Assembly (NCBI GenBank): GCA_009937385.1 | Contig: JAACFL010000021.1 | Span: forward strand, 1-39,686 | Length of the DNA stretch: 39,686 nucleotides | From: Gammaproteobacteria bacterium | GTDB taxonomy: Bacteria > Pseudomonadota > Gammaproteobacteria > QNFN01 | Direction of reading: 5' to 3' | Shown here: positions 22,593 through 31,135 of the stretch, one piece after another | Layout of the letters: the number at the start of each line of letters is the position of its first letter | Position numbering within the stretch: position 1 is the stretch's first letter | The notes under the pieces: model-generated | What the model was told of the DNA's origin: nothing | Seen by the model: only the letters and a program-made list of their open reading frames with translations | Databases searched by the model: none | Program-made: the position numbers and the translations under genes

Positions 22593-22723
22593 ATCAGAGG
22601 GATTTGAACCCGAAAAAGGGTTCGACAAGCCAACGCGCAGCGTTGACGCAGGACGCTGGCGCAGCCGGCGCCCCGAAGGGGTGAGCCGCGCAGCGGCGAA
22701 TCAATCCCTCTCTCTCCGCCAAT
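22593..22723 (+). repeat. tRNA-Ser-derived module with an inverted T-arm-like 5' end and a 21-nt direct copy of the tRNA 3' end
   Basis: 22595-22611 (cagagggatttgaaccc) is the reverse complement of the tRNA-Ser T-arm region with one mismatch. 22703-22723 is identical to 22523-22543 (aatccctctctctccgccaat). Confidence 0.8.
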
Positions 22724-22745
22724 GAAGAGCATAAGCTCATGAAAT

Positions 22746-22766
22746 AAAGCCCCTTCCCAGGGCTTT
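22746..22766 (-). terminator. hairpin downstream of the TpsA-like gene (possible bidirectional terminator)
   Basis: aaagccc-cttccca-gggcttt, a 7-bp stem flanked by A/T-rich runs on both sides. Confidence 0.45.
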
Positions 22767-22822
22767 ATCTCTTTTACCGACCAGTTCGACTGCACACCCC
22801 TTGGTGCTGCACCACTCATGTC

Positions 22823-25800
22823 CTAGCGGCAGGTCAACACCGTACCGTTGACCTCGACCTGCCCCTCTATCAGAGGCTGCTTCTCGAGCAGCGCGACCAT
22901 ATCGATAGGCTCGTCGATGGGCGGCGTGTCCGATGTGGTCGGCTCTTCACCCGGGGTTTGGGCCGTTTGCGTTTCATCGAGCGGCACGTTCGCCTCGACT
23001 GTCTCCTCGGTGATCGTCGTCGACGTCGGATCGGTCGGGTTCGTGGTGGTGGTCGACTGCTGGACCACGGTGCTCACCGTACCTATGGTCGTGGTCGTCG
23101 TTGGTGGTGGAGACGTCGGTGATGGAGACGTCGGTGGTGGTGACGTCGGTGGTGGAGATGGTGGCGGTGCAATCGTACCCGCCACACCCACCAGTCCGGT
23201 GGAGATGATGTTTCCGATCCCTGAGACCGAGGCCGTGGTCGCGGCGAGGAAGTTCTGCCCGCCGATGTTGAGACTTCCATTCTGGCCTATCGCGATCCCG
23301 CCGCCGAACGCGCTGCCGCCGACCATGATCGACGTGCCCGGGAAGCGGCTGAAGTGTCCACTCTTGGTGAAGTAGGTCGTACCGGCCAGCTGTGGCGAGG
23401 GGACGAGATTCTCCACCGCGATCGAGCGCAAGCCATCAAATGGCAGCATCTGCACGACCACGTTCGGGTTCACCGTCCCGGGCACCGGGTCAGTTGACGG
23501 AAGCCAGGTGCCGATCGACTGGTTGAGCGTCAGCGTGTCGGACCTGAGGTAGAGGTAGTCGCCAAAGAAATCGACAAAACCGAGTGAGATGCCGTTGGGC
23601 GCGACCAGTGCAAGGTTCGGGTCGAGCGATGACGACGGGATGGCACCCAGGGTGAACAACTCGGTGATCAGGGCCGAGTCGCCGATTCCCGGCCCACCGA
23701 CGACCGGTGTTGCGACACCGTTGTGAACGATCAGGTCGAGATTGCCGAAATCGATCGTGTCGCCAGCGAAGGCGCTTAGTGCCCCGGCATCGATCAGGCC
23801 GTTGCCCGCCGCGACGGAGCTCAGGATACGGCCTCCCGCACTGAGCTGCGTCTGGCCGGTGGAGACGAGGCTCACCGCGCCCAGGGAGCCGCCAAGTGTC
23901 ATGTCGGTACCCGCGTCGATGGTGAGAGTCGCTGCATCCATCGTCGCGCTGATGATGGACACCCTGTCGGGCGTTAGCACCGTTATATTCGTCGCGCTGA
24001 AGGTCGGTGGCGACGGGACACGTCCGAACTGAATCAAACCGCCTGCCTGGACGAAGAGGTCACCACTTGCGGTGAGGCTGTCCCGCATCGTCAGTTGACC
24101 ACCCACACGGAACTCGGCGTTTCCAGCGATTTGCATGGAAGCTGGATTGACCACGTTGAGGGCGCCATTAGTCTGGAAGAGGACATCGGATCCAAAACTC
24201 GATCCAGTGAAGCGTAAAGTCGCCGCAGAGGCGGTGTTGGTGACGTCGATGAGCCCCGGAGTCGATCCGATCTCGAAGCTCGCGGTCCGGGTGTTGCCGA
24301 GCACCGCCCCGCCCGCGGTGACGCGGATGCTGCCGTTCAAAGCGGTTGCGGACCGAAGGAAAAGGTCGCCCGGCGCCTCGATCGTCAGATCGCCGCTTCC
24401 CGCCGTAGCGGACATCGAACTGGCGGTGAAATTCCTCAGGATGGCGCTTCCACCAGGGGCATCTGCCAGAAGGCGGTTCGAGACGACCTGCGCACCCGAG
24501 CCGATAACAAGGCCCGTGTCGCCACGAAGCGACACGGTACTCGAACGACTGCCGACTGCGATCACATCATGATTAACGGCCAAGCCGGCTCGCGAGTAGA
24601 TCCGCACTTCGGCAGAACCCGAACTGCCGCCGTTCTTGGTGCTCGCCTCAATGTCACCGTTGATATTCACGGTGTCACCGAGAACGCTCACAATTGCTTT
24701 CTGGACATTCGTCAACACACCACCAGCCAAGTCGGTTCTCGCGATGAGTTCCGCCCCACTGGCGAGGAAAATGTCGCCTCCGGAGAAATTCCCGCCCGTC
24801 ACCTGCAGAATCGCCTCGTTGTCTCCCTCTGCTTGCGCTAATGCCGTTACGTATCGAGCCGCGCTCCCCTCGATCAGGGGCGTGAAGGGTTTGTTGAGTT
24901 GCAGTGCGCCTGTCGCATTGAGGAACACGTTGGCATTCCCGGTCCCATCCAGACCGGCATTAGCGAAAATCATTGGCAGGTTGAGGCTCCCCGAGCCTAC
25001 GATCAGGTCGCCACCCGTGGCGCGTATATCCACGCTGGCAAGGCGCCCACCAATGGCCCCGACAAACCCTACAGCACCGAATGCGTCGAAGAGCTGAGAG
25101 CGGAATGGTGACCTCAGCGTGACATCAGACCCACTTATCGTGATGCTTGCGCTACCGTTGCCGCTGGGGAAGGACGGAAACTCAAGACCGGTGATCGTTG
25201 CACTACCCGAGGCTATGGTGCGCTCGACGAAACAAAGCGGCCCACCGTAACTGCACCCTCCGAGCGGGATTGGAAAGTCACCCGCGACGATCCCGCCACC
25301 GTTCCAAAGGAACTGGCCATTCTGAGCATCGAGATTGATACTCGCGGAATTGCCACCTCCGGCAAACGCCGAGACATTACCCACATTGATCCCATTTGCG
25401 ACCGCTGAAACCGTGGCATCACCTGAGGTGGCTCGCGCAGAGATATTGAATGCCGAGATCGAGCCAGACAGGCCATCGAGCGTGACGGTGGCCATCGCGT
25501 TCGTGCCAAAAGCACTTGCAGAAGCGCCACCACTGGCCATTTGGATGTCATTGCCCTGGATATCGACGCTGGCATTGGCCCCGTTTCCCCAACTCCTAGC
25601 AGTAACGAGCCCATTTCCGCGATAGCTGCCCAGAGAGCCCGCATCAATCGAAATGCTCTTCGTGTCGACCACGCTGGGTGAAGAGAAAAAATCGCCAGTG
25701 GCCACACGGCCATTGACCTGGATTCCATTTCCACTGAGTGTGATATTCGTAGGGCCAAGGAAATTTTCTGCTTGAATGTTTCCATCCACAAACAGAAACC

Positions 25801-27520
25801 CCGACGTTGCGATCAGTGAGAAGTTATGGGCTGCCGTGGTAGCTACCTGGCTGAGTATGTTGCCATTGATCTGAATATCCGTACCACGCACCGAACCCAC
25901 GACCACGTCGCCATTGAATCCAGCGAGGATATTTACCAGCCCGTTGACGTCGATAGCAGCGGGCGCGCCACCTTCCTCAAAAAGTTGAATAATGCCGGAC
26001 ACATTTGGGTCGTAGTTAAAAATGTATGGTGATCCAACTCCCGTGCCACAGACACCACCAGAGCCACAGTTGACCGGTGAACCGCTGATGTCGAAGATGG
26101 GCTGCAAGAAGGGAAAGGTCGAACTGGTCGACACCGTCCCAATTCCGAGGATCAATGCCCCAGCACCGGTGGCGTCAAGTCCGTTGGTTAAATCGGTCCC
26201 GATGATGTCGTTATTGGCTACGAGCACGACGTCGGTGTTGTTGTTGAGATAGCCCTCAATCGTCTGCTCATAGACGTAGGAAATGCTCGCGCCGGTATCC
26301 AAGAACGACGAGCCGCACGAGGGACTGCAGGCTGCGTTCCCACGAATAATAATAGTTGTGGGATCGATCAGTAATGTGCCACCAGAGCCGACTTCTACCT
26401 CGCCTCGCATATTGAATTTCGTGTGACCACTGACCTCGACGAAGCCCCCCTGACCGGTCGAGCCACCCTCAGTCGTGATGCTGGCCAGCGATTCGATGTC
26501 GAGAACATCCTGCGCGACAAGCCGAATGGTGCCACCGTCGCCCGAGCCGCTGCCCTGTGCTGTGAGCTCGGCCCCATCACTGACCGTAATGTCGTTGGTC
26601 GACGTGACGAAGACCTTCCCACCATCCGCGTTTTGTTCCCCGGCATTGGCATCGACGTCACCCGCAAGCATCACGTTGCCGCCAGAGCCACCGAGGTAGA
26701 CGATGCCGTCCCTCTCCTCAACGGTCCTGGCCTGGATCAACCCCTCGTGGTTGACCGCCGTCGGCAGCAGGTCGCCCTGCACCTTCGCCGTCAGGAAGAT
26801 CCGTCCGCCGTCGGCATACAGCTCACCGGTGTTCTCGACTCCGGCGATCTCCGTCAGCGCCTCGCCGTCGATCGCGAAACTGATCAGGCCATCACCACCC
26901 AGATCGAGCGTCACCTGCTGGCCCGAGGCCATGACGATGTCGCCGAGGTGCGCCTCGATCAGGCCGTGGTTCGCGACGCCGTCACCGGCGAGGATCACGT
27001 AGCCGCCGTCGGCGTTGATGGTGCCGTCGTTGACGACGGTCGCCGGATCACGGCCCTCGACACGCGCGAAGGTATAGCGGCCCGTCATGAAGTCGTCGTT
27101 GGATATGCCGAACGTCGTGGCCAGAAGGCCCGCAACGTCGATCACCGCATTGGGGCCGAAATAGACCCCGTTCGGGTTGACCAGGAAGATCTGCCCGTTG
27201 GCACTCATCTGACCCAGCAACTGCGACGGGTCGTTGCCGACCACGCGGTTCAGTGTCACCGAGGTCGTGCCGGGCTGCACGAACTGCACGTACTCGTTGG
27301 TACCGATCGAGAAGCTCTGCCAGTCGATCGCGCTCTTCGCGGTCGACTGGGTGATCGTGGTCTTGGTGCCCTGCTGCGCGATCGACGCGCTGCCCGCCAC
27401 CACCTGGCCGCCCTGCGGTGCGGCCAGGGCCCAGCCGGGCACGGCCAGCGAGGTGATCGCCCACACCCCACGACGCACGGCCATGGTGAGTGGCGTCTCG
27501 TGCCTGCATGGTTTGCGCAT
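22823..27520 (-). CDS. filamentous hemagglutinin-like two-partner-secretion exoprotein (TpsA family)
   Basis: The ATG at 27520 (GGGGAG Shine-Dalgarno) gives 1565 aa. A signal peptide is followed by a TPS domain (LNRVVGNDPSQLLGQMSANGQIFLVNPNGVYFGPNA), a long Gly/Ala/Ser/Asn-rich beta-helix-type repeat region and a Pro/Thr/Ser-rich linker near the C-terminus. GC content is visibly lower than in the flanks. Confidence 0.85.
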   Translation of the reverse strand: MRKPCRHETPLTMAVRRGVWAITSLAVPGWALAAPQGGQVVAGSASIAQQGTKTTITQSTAKSAIDWQSFSIGTNEYVQFVQPGTTSVTLNRVVGNDPSQLLGQMSANGQIFLVNPNGVYFGPNAVIDVAGLLATTFGISNDDFMTGRYTFARVEGRDPATVVNDGTINADGGYVILAGDGVANHGLIEAHLGDIVMASGQQVTLDLGGDGLISFAIDGEALTEIAGVENTGELYADGGRIFLTAKVQGDLLPTAVNHEGLIQARTVEERDGIVYLGGSGGNVMLAGDVDANAGEQNADGGKVFVTSTNDITVSDGAELTAQGSGSGDGGTIRLVAQDVLDIESLASITTEGGSTGQGGFVEVSGHTKFNMRGEVEVGSGGTLLIDPTTIIIRGNAACSPSCGSSFLDTGASISYVYEQTIEGYLNNNTDVVLVANNDIIGTDLTNGLDATGAGALILGIGTVSTSSTFPFLQPIFDISGSPVNCGSGGVCGTGVGSPYIFNYDPNVSGIIQLFEEGGAPAAIDVNGLVNILAGFNGDVVVGSVRGTDIQINGNILSQVATTAAHNFSLIATSGFLFVDGNIQAENFLGPTNITLSGNGIQVNGRVATGDFFSSPSVVDTKSISIDAGSLGSYRGNGLVTARSWGNGANASVDIQGNDIQMASGGASASAFGTNAMATVTLDGLSGSISAFNISARATSGDATVSAVANGINVGNVSAFAGGGNSASINLDAQNGQFLWNGGGIVAGDFPIPLGGCSYGGPLCFVERTIASGSATITGLEFPSFPSGNGSASITISGSDVTLRSPFRSQLFDAFGAVGFVGAIGGRLASVDIRATGGDLIVGSGSLNLPMIFANAGLDGTGNANVFLNATGALQLNKPFTPLIEGSAARYVTALAQAEGDNEAILQVTGGNFSGGDIFLASGAELIARTDLAGGVLTNVQKAIVSVLGDTVNINGDIEASTKNGGSSGSAEVRIYSRAGLAVNHDVIAVGSRSSTVSLRGDTGLVIGSGAQVVSNRLLADAPGGSAILRNFTASSMSATAGSGDLTIEAPGDLFLRSATALNGSIRVTAGGAVLGNTRTASFEIGSTPGLIDVTNTASAATLRFTGSSFGSDVLFQTNGALNVVNPASMQIAGNAEFRVGGQLTMRDSLTASGDLFVQAGGLIQFGRVPSPPTFSATNITVLTPDRVSIISATMDAATLTIDAGTDMTLGGSLGAVSLVSTGQTQLSAGGRILSSVAAGNGLIDAGALSAFAGDTIDFGNLDLIVHNGVATPVVGGPGIGDSALITELFTLGAIPSSSLDPNLALVAPNGISLGFVDFFGDYLYLRSDTLTLNQSIGTWLPSTDPVPGTVNPNVVVQMLPFDGLRSIAVENLVPSPQLAGTTYFTKSGHFSRFPGTSIMVGGSAFGGGIAIGQNGSLNIGGQNFLAATTASVSGIGNIISTGLVGVAGTIAPPPSPPPTSPPPTSPSPTSPPPTTTTTIGTVSTVVQQSTTTTNPTDPTSTTITEETVEANVPLDETQTAQTPGEEPTTSDTPPIDEPIDMVALLEKQPLIEGQVEVNGTVLTCR
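23103..23162. repeat. four imperfect 15-bp tandem repeats inside the TpsA-like gene
   Basis: ggtggtggagacgtc / ggtgatggagacgtc / ggtggtggtgacgtc / ggtggtggagatggt. On the coding strand they encode the PPTSP-type linker. Confidence 0.85.
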
Positions 27521-27867
27521 GGTGCTCCCCGACTGAGCGGATGGTGTGAATCTTGCCTTGGCTTCGACAAGCGTGGGGCCATAGTTGGTGTAATCGATGC
27601 ACCCCAGGCAGGTGCTGATATGAGTCAACTCATGACCAGTTAAGCGGTCAAGCCCTCGTGAACTGTCTTGTTGCGACTTGCCCTGCGACGAGCGGCTCAA
27701 CCAATGCGTATCGGCGCGATCTGCCAACACGCTTTCTCCGCACGACACCAGCGCGGCTGACACTCCATCGAGTGTTACGCCGCGCAGTGGCGATCAGATC
27801 ACCGCGTTATGGATCATGGCCCGCAAGACAAGGGAGACCGGGGCAGCGGCGCCTTCAGGCAATCGGC

Positions 27868-28676
27868 TCAGTCGTAAAAGACCAGCGCCCGCGTCTCGAT
27901 GCTCTCGCGCGGCTTCGCGTCGTCCGGCGCGTCAGGCAAATGAATCGCGGTGTGAATGCTGCAGGGCCGCGTCCCGTCATCGATCGAGTCGAAGGTCCGG
28001 AACAGCAGCACCTCGGGTGGGCGCATCGCAGAGAAGTAGCACCAGCGCTGGGCCGGATCGTGTAGCGCGAGCTGGATCTCGCCGACGTGCGTTGGCGAGC
28101 GGCGCTCGGTGTCAACCAGCTGTTCGCGCACGAGGGTGCGCGAGTCGACCAGTGCCAGTGGGTAATCTTCCACCGGGTCGGAGAGTGGACGCCAGACGTT
28201 GAGGATCTGGAACCGCCTTTGCACCATCACCTCGGCCTCGTCACCAAGGCTCTCGCGCAGGCAGACAAAGCCCGAGTTGGAGGTGTAGTCGTTGTGCACC
28301 AGCGTCGCGGGCTCGCGCACCTGCTTGCGCGATGCACGCGGCGGGCACCCGTCACCTCGCGCAGGAACGCAGTCACCTCGGGTTCGTAGAGCGTCTCGAT
28401 CTGCCGGCGGTCGAGGAAGTCGTCCACGCGGGTCGGAAGCTCGAGCAGGTCGAAGCCCGACGGGTGCTGACCGTATTCACGCTCGGCGTCGCCTTCGGTC
28501 CGACCACGCGCGTCCTCGACGTCGACCGTGACCATGACCATCTCCTGATCGACGGTATAGCGGGCGTCGCGCCCGGCGCTGGAGGCAAAATAGACCGGGC
28601 GCGCGGTGCGCTTCGCCAGGAATTCGACGTCCGTCTGCAGGGTCACGTCCACCTCTCTGCGTCTCGATCGCTGCAT
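27868..28676 (-). pseudogene. CmcJ/NvfI family oxidoreductase-like gene, reading frame interrupted near 28320-28335
   Basis: The N-terminal part (ORF 28227..28676, ...FLDRRQIETLYEPEVTAFLREVTGARRV) and the C-terminal part (ORF 27868..28320, REPATLVHNDYT...RFQILNVWRPLS...WCYFSAMRPPEVLLFRTFDS) lie in different frames. The span of 809 nt is 2 mod 3. The family call is from memory. Confidence 0.6.
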
Positions 28677-28767
28677 GTCATTCGCGCCATGCCCGTCGAC
28701 GCGGGCACAGCGAAAGCGTAGCAGTGTCTGCGGTGCGACGAGCTCGGGATGCGTGTGTCGTGCGACG

Positions 28768-28995
28768 TCAGGAACGGCACCCCGGGATGAAGCATCCCGA
28801 GAGCAGGAAGTTGAGGGTGCTGCTGACGAAGACGATCGCGACGCTGACCGCGGTCAGGTCGAGCCACGCCGCCCAGTTCCGATCGAACAGCAGGACCAGG
28901 CCCGCGAACTCGGGCAGGACCGCGACGAGACACGAGAAGAAGAACGTGATCGTTCCGATCCGGATCGCGACGGTCGATGGCTGGCGGGTAGGCAT
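28768..28995 (-). CDS. hypothetical small membrane protein (two predicted TM helices)
   Basis: The ATG at 28995 has a GGGAGAG Shine-Dalgarno. The 75-aa product has strong GC3 bias and two hydrophobic stretches. No family recognised. Confidence 0.55.
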   Translation of the reverse strand: MPTRQPSTVAIRIGTITFFFSCLVAVLPEFAGLVLLFDRNWAAWLDLTAVSVAIVFVSSTLNFLLSGCFIPGCRS

Positions 28996-29077
28996 GGTCT
29001 CTCCCTGACTCTGGCGGGTCGTCATCCGTGACCCTGTTCTAACCCTACAACAAGTTCGCGCTCCAGACCGCAGCCCG

Positions 29078-29854
29078 CTATTGCTCGACGAACGCCCGTT
29101 CGACGACGAACTGGCCGGGCACGCCAATGTGTGGCGAGGCCTCAAAACCGCGCGCCTCGAGCAGCGCCGAGGTCTCGTCGAGCATGGCCATGCTGCCGCA
29201 GATCATCGCCCGGTCGATCTCCGGATCGAGCGGCGGCAGGCCGACGTCGGTAAACAGCTGACCGCTGGTGATCAGGTCGGTGATGCGCCCACGGTTACGG
29301 TAAGGCTCGCGGGTCACGGTCGGGTAGTAGACCAGCTTGTCGGCGACCTCCTCGCCGAAGTACTCGTTCTTCGGCAGCTCCTCGCGCAGGAAGTCGCCGT
29401 AGGCGAGCTCGCTGACGTGGCGCACGCCGTGCACCAGCACCACCTTCTCGAAGCGCTCGTAGACCTCCGGATCCTGGACGATGCTCAGGAACGGCGCGAG
29501 ACCGGTGCCGGTGGCAAACAGGTAGAGGTGCTTGCCGGGCAGCAGGTCGTGGGTCAGCAACGTGCCGGTCGGCTTGCGACTGATCAGGATCGAGTCGCCC
29601 TCGCGGATGTGCTGCAGCCGCGAGGTGAGCCGCCCCTCCGATACCTTGATGCTGAAGAACTCGAGGTGCTCGGCGTAGTTCGGGCTGGCGATGCTGTAGG
29701 CGCGCAGCAGCGGACGCCCCTCGACCTCCATGCCGATCATCACGAAGTGGCCGTTCTCGAAGCGGAGCCCGTCGTCGCGGGTGGTCCTGAAGCTGAACAG
29801 GCTGTCGTTCCAGTGGCGCACGTCAAGGACGCGCTCGGTTCCCAGGTTGGCCAT
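29078..29854 (-). CDS. fpr: ferredoxin--NADP(+) reductase
   Basis: 258 aa with the FAD motif RAYSIAS and the NADP motif GTGLAPF. The C-terminus FVVERAFVEQ is typical of bacterial Fpr. Confidence 0.92.
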   Translation of the reverse strand: MANLGTERVLDVRHWNDSLFSFRTTRDDGLRFENGHFVMIGMEVEGRPLLRAYSIASPNYAEHLEFFSIKVSEGRLTSRLQHIREGDSILISRKPTGTLLTHDLLPGKHLYLFATGTGLAPFLSIVQDPEVYERFEKVVLVHGVRHVSELAYGDFLREELPKNEYFGEEVADKLVYYPTVTREPYRNRGRITDLITSGQLFTDVGLPPLDPEIDRAMICGSMAMLDETSALLEARGFEASPHIGVPGQFVVERAFVEQ

Positions 29855-29996
29855 GATTTAGGTGGAGCTCCAACAATTTTTCAGTCTGGGTGCAGACCGT
29901 ATCATTCATGCCGCGCCGCGGCAAGATCGCTTGGTTCTATCGATAGAAAGTTATAAACGCCATAAATATTAAGCTTTTATGTTTACACAATGAAAT

Positions 29997-30033
29997 GCCG
30001 ATGGCGAGGCGGGCAGGCGCACCCGCCATCGGC
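29997..30033 (-). terminator. hairpin terminator downstream of hsp20
   Basis: 10-bp stem gccgatggcg / cgccatcggc, starting 14 nt after the stop codon, with an A/T-rich tail on the transcribed strand. Confidence 0.5.
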
Positions 30034-30046
30034 ACATGCTCGGCGT

Positions 30047-30574
30047 TCAGTCGACCTTGACCTTGCGTTTGCTCGGCTTGTCGAGCTTCGGCAGGGTCAG
30101 TTCGAGCAGGCCGTCGCGGAAGCTTGCCTTGGCGCCGTCGACATCGACCCCACTCGGCAGGCTCAGGCTGCGCGAAAATGCACCCTGCGAGATCTCGCAG
30201 CGGTGGTAGTCGCCCTGCTCGTTCTGCTTCTCCTGGCGCGTGGTCGCCTTGATGGTGACCGCGTCGTCGGTCACGGTGACGTCGAGGTCGTCCTTCTCGA
30301 CCCCGGGCAGCTCGGCACGCACCAGGACCTCGGTATCCCGGTCGATGACGTCGACGCGGGGCATGCGCCCGGCGAACGGCATCGCCATCTCGCCGATGGC
30401 CGGCCAGTCCCACTGCTGGGGCCGTAGCCAGCCGCGTGGAAAGAAGCTGTCGAACAGCTTCTCCATCTCCTCGAACGGGCTCGGCAGGTGATCCTGCGGC
30501 CTGGCGCGGCTCGCGACCGCCTGCTTGCCCTTGCGGATCTTCGGTTCCGATGCGTCTCTGGTCCTGGTTGTCAT
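30047..30574 (-). CDS. Hsp20/alpha-crystallin family small heat-shock protein
   Basis: The ATG at 30574 has a GGAGGAGAG Shine-Dalgarno. The alpha-crystallin domain reads PRVDVIDRDTEVLVRAELPGVEKDDLDVTV...GAFSRSLSLP...ASFRDGLLELTLPK. Confidence 0.9.
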   Translation of the reverse strand: MTTRTRDASEPKIRKGKQAVASRARPQDHLPSPFEEMEKLFDSFFPRGWLRPQQWDWPAIGEMAMPFAGRMPRVDVIDRDTEVLVRAELPGVEKDDLDVTVTDDAVTIKATTRQEKQNEQGDYHRCEISQGAFSRSLSLPSGVDVDGAKASFRDGLLELTLPKLDKPSKRKVKVD

Positions 30575-30818
30575 GGGGCTCTCCTCCATCGCCTCTTCGG
30601 GGCTCGAAGTCCTTGTTCCGGACACGGCCCAGGTTCTCCATGCACTCCGCACGGGATATCCTCGCGACGCCCCGTGCTTCCTCACTCAAGATAGGTCGTG
30701 CCGACGCGCGGGGTGATCCGTAGGATTACGTAACGCCGTTGCCGGAGAGGCGTGCCAGAATCCTTATCAAACGCAGTCCGCTGCGAGGCCGGCGGCCCCT
30801 TCGACAACCTGCTCAATC

Positions 30819-31043
30819 ATGGCTTCAACCTCACCGCAGAAGGGTCTGATCGCGGTCTCGGTACTGCTGTTCGTCGTGCCGATGGTCGCCTGGACGCGGG
30901 GCCTGCCCCTCGGCCTGCTGATGGTGATCGCGGGGTTTTTCGCGCTGCGTGCACTCGACGCCCGATCTCGCCGCATCGCGTTGTGGGCCATCGCCCTGAC
31001 CGGCTCCATCGCCGTGGCATTGAGCGTGGCGCTGGCCGGGTGA
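30819..31043 (+). CDS. hypothetical small membrane protein
   Basis: 74 aa, with two or three hydrophobic helices and GC3-biased codons. There is no clear Shine-Dalgarno and no family recognised. Confidence 0.4.
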   Translation: MASTSPQKGLIAVSVLLFVVPMVAWTRGLPLGLLMVIAGFFALRALDARSRRIALWAIALTGSIAVALSVALAG

Positions 31044-31135
31044 GGCGGTGCCGTCGCCGATTGCGCGACTAGAATGATTCAGAGAGGTTCGCGCGGTCCG
31101 GCACCGGATCGCGCCCCGGTGAAGAGCGGCGATTG

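Noticed and set aside
22593-22723. Minus-strand tRNA or tRNA pseudogene within the Ser and Arg modules (also 36253-36348 and 36403-36498).
   Set aside because: The inverted T-arm copies are not accompanied by a complementary 5' acceptor strand, a D-arm or an anticodon arm, so no cloverleaf can be drawn on either strand.
27521-27763. 81-codon N-terminal extension of the TpsA ORF.
   Set aside because: It has no signal peptide and no Shine-Dalgarno. The ATG at 27520 has a GGGGAG Shine-Dalgarno and is followed by a typical signal peptide and the TPS domain.
22451-28700. Complete integrative genomic island at tRNA-Ser.
   Set aside because: There is no integrase, excisionase or transfer gene. The only direct repeat of the tRNA 3' end lies 180 bp from the tRNA, before the cargo genes. 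I therefore report it as a synteny break or remnant, not as a mobile element.
30741-30763. TGGCAC on the minus strand as a sigma-54 (-24) element upstream of hsp20.
   Set aside because: The -12 position reads TCCGG instead of TTGC(A/T). I also could not locate a convincing sigma-32 CTTGAA/CCCCAT pair, so the hsp20 promoter is left uncalled.
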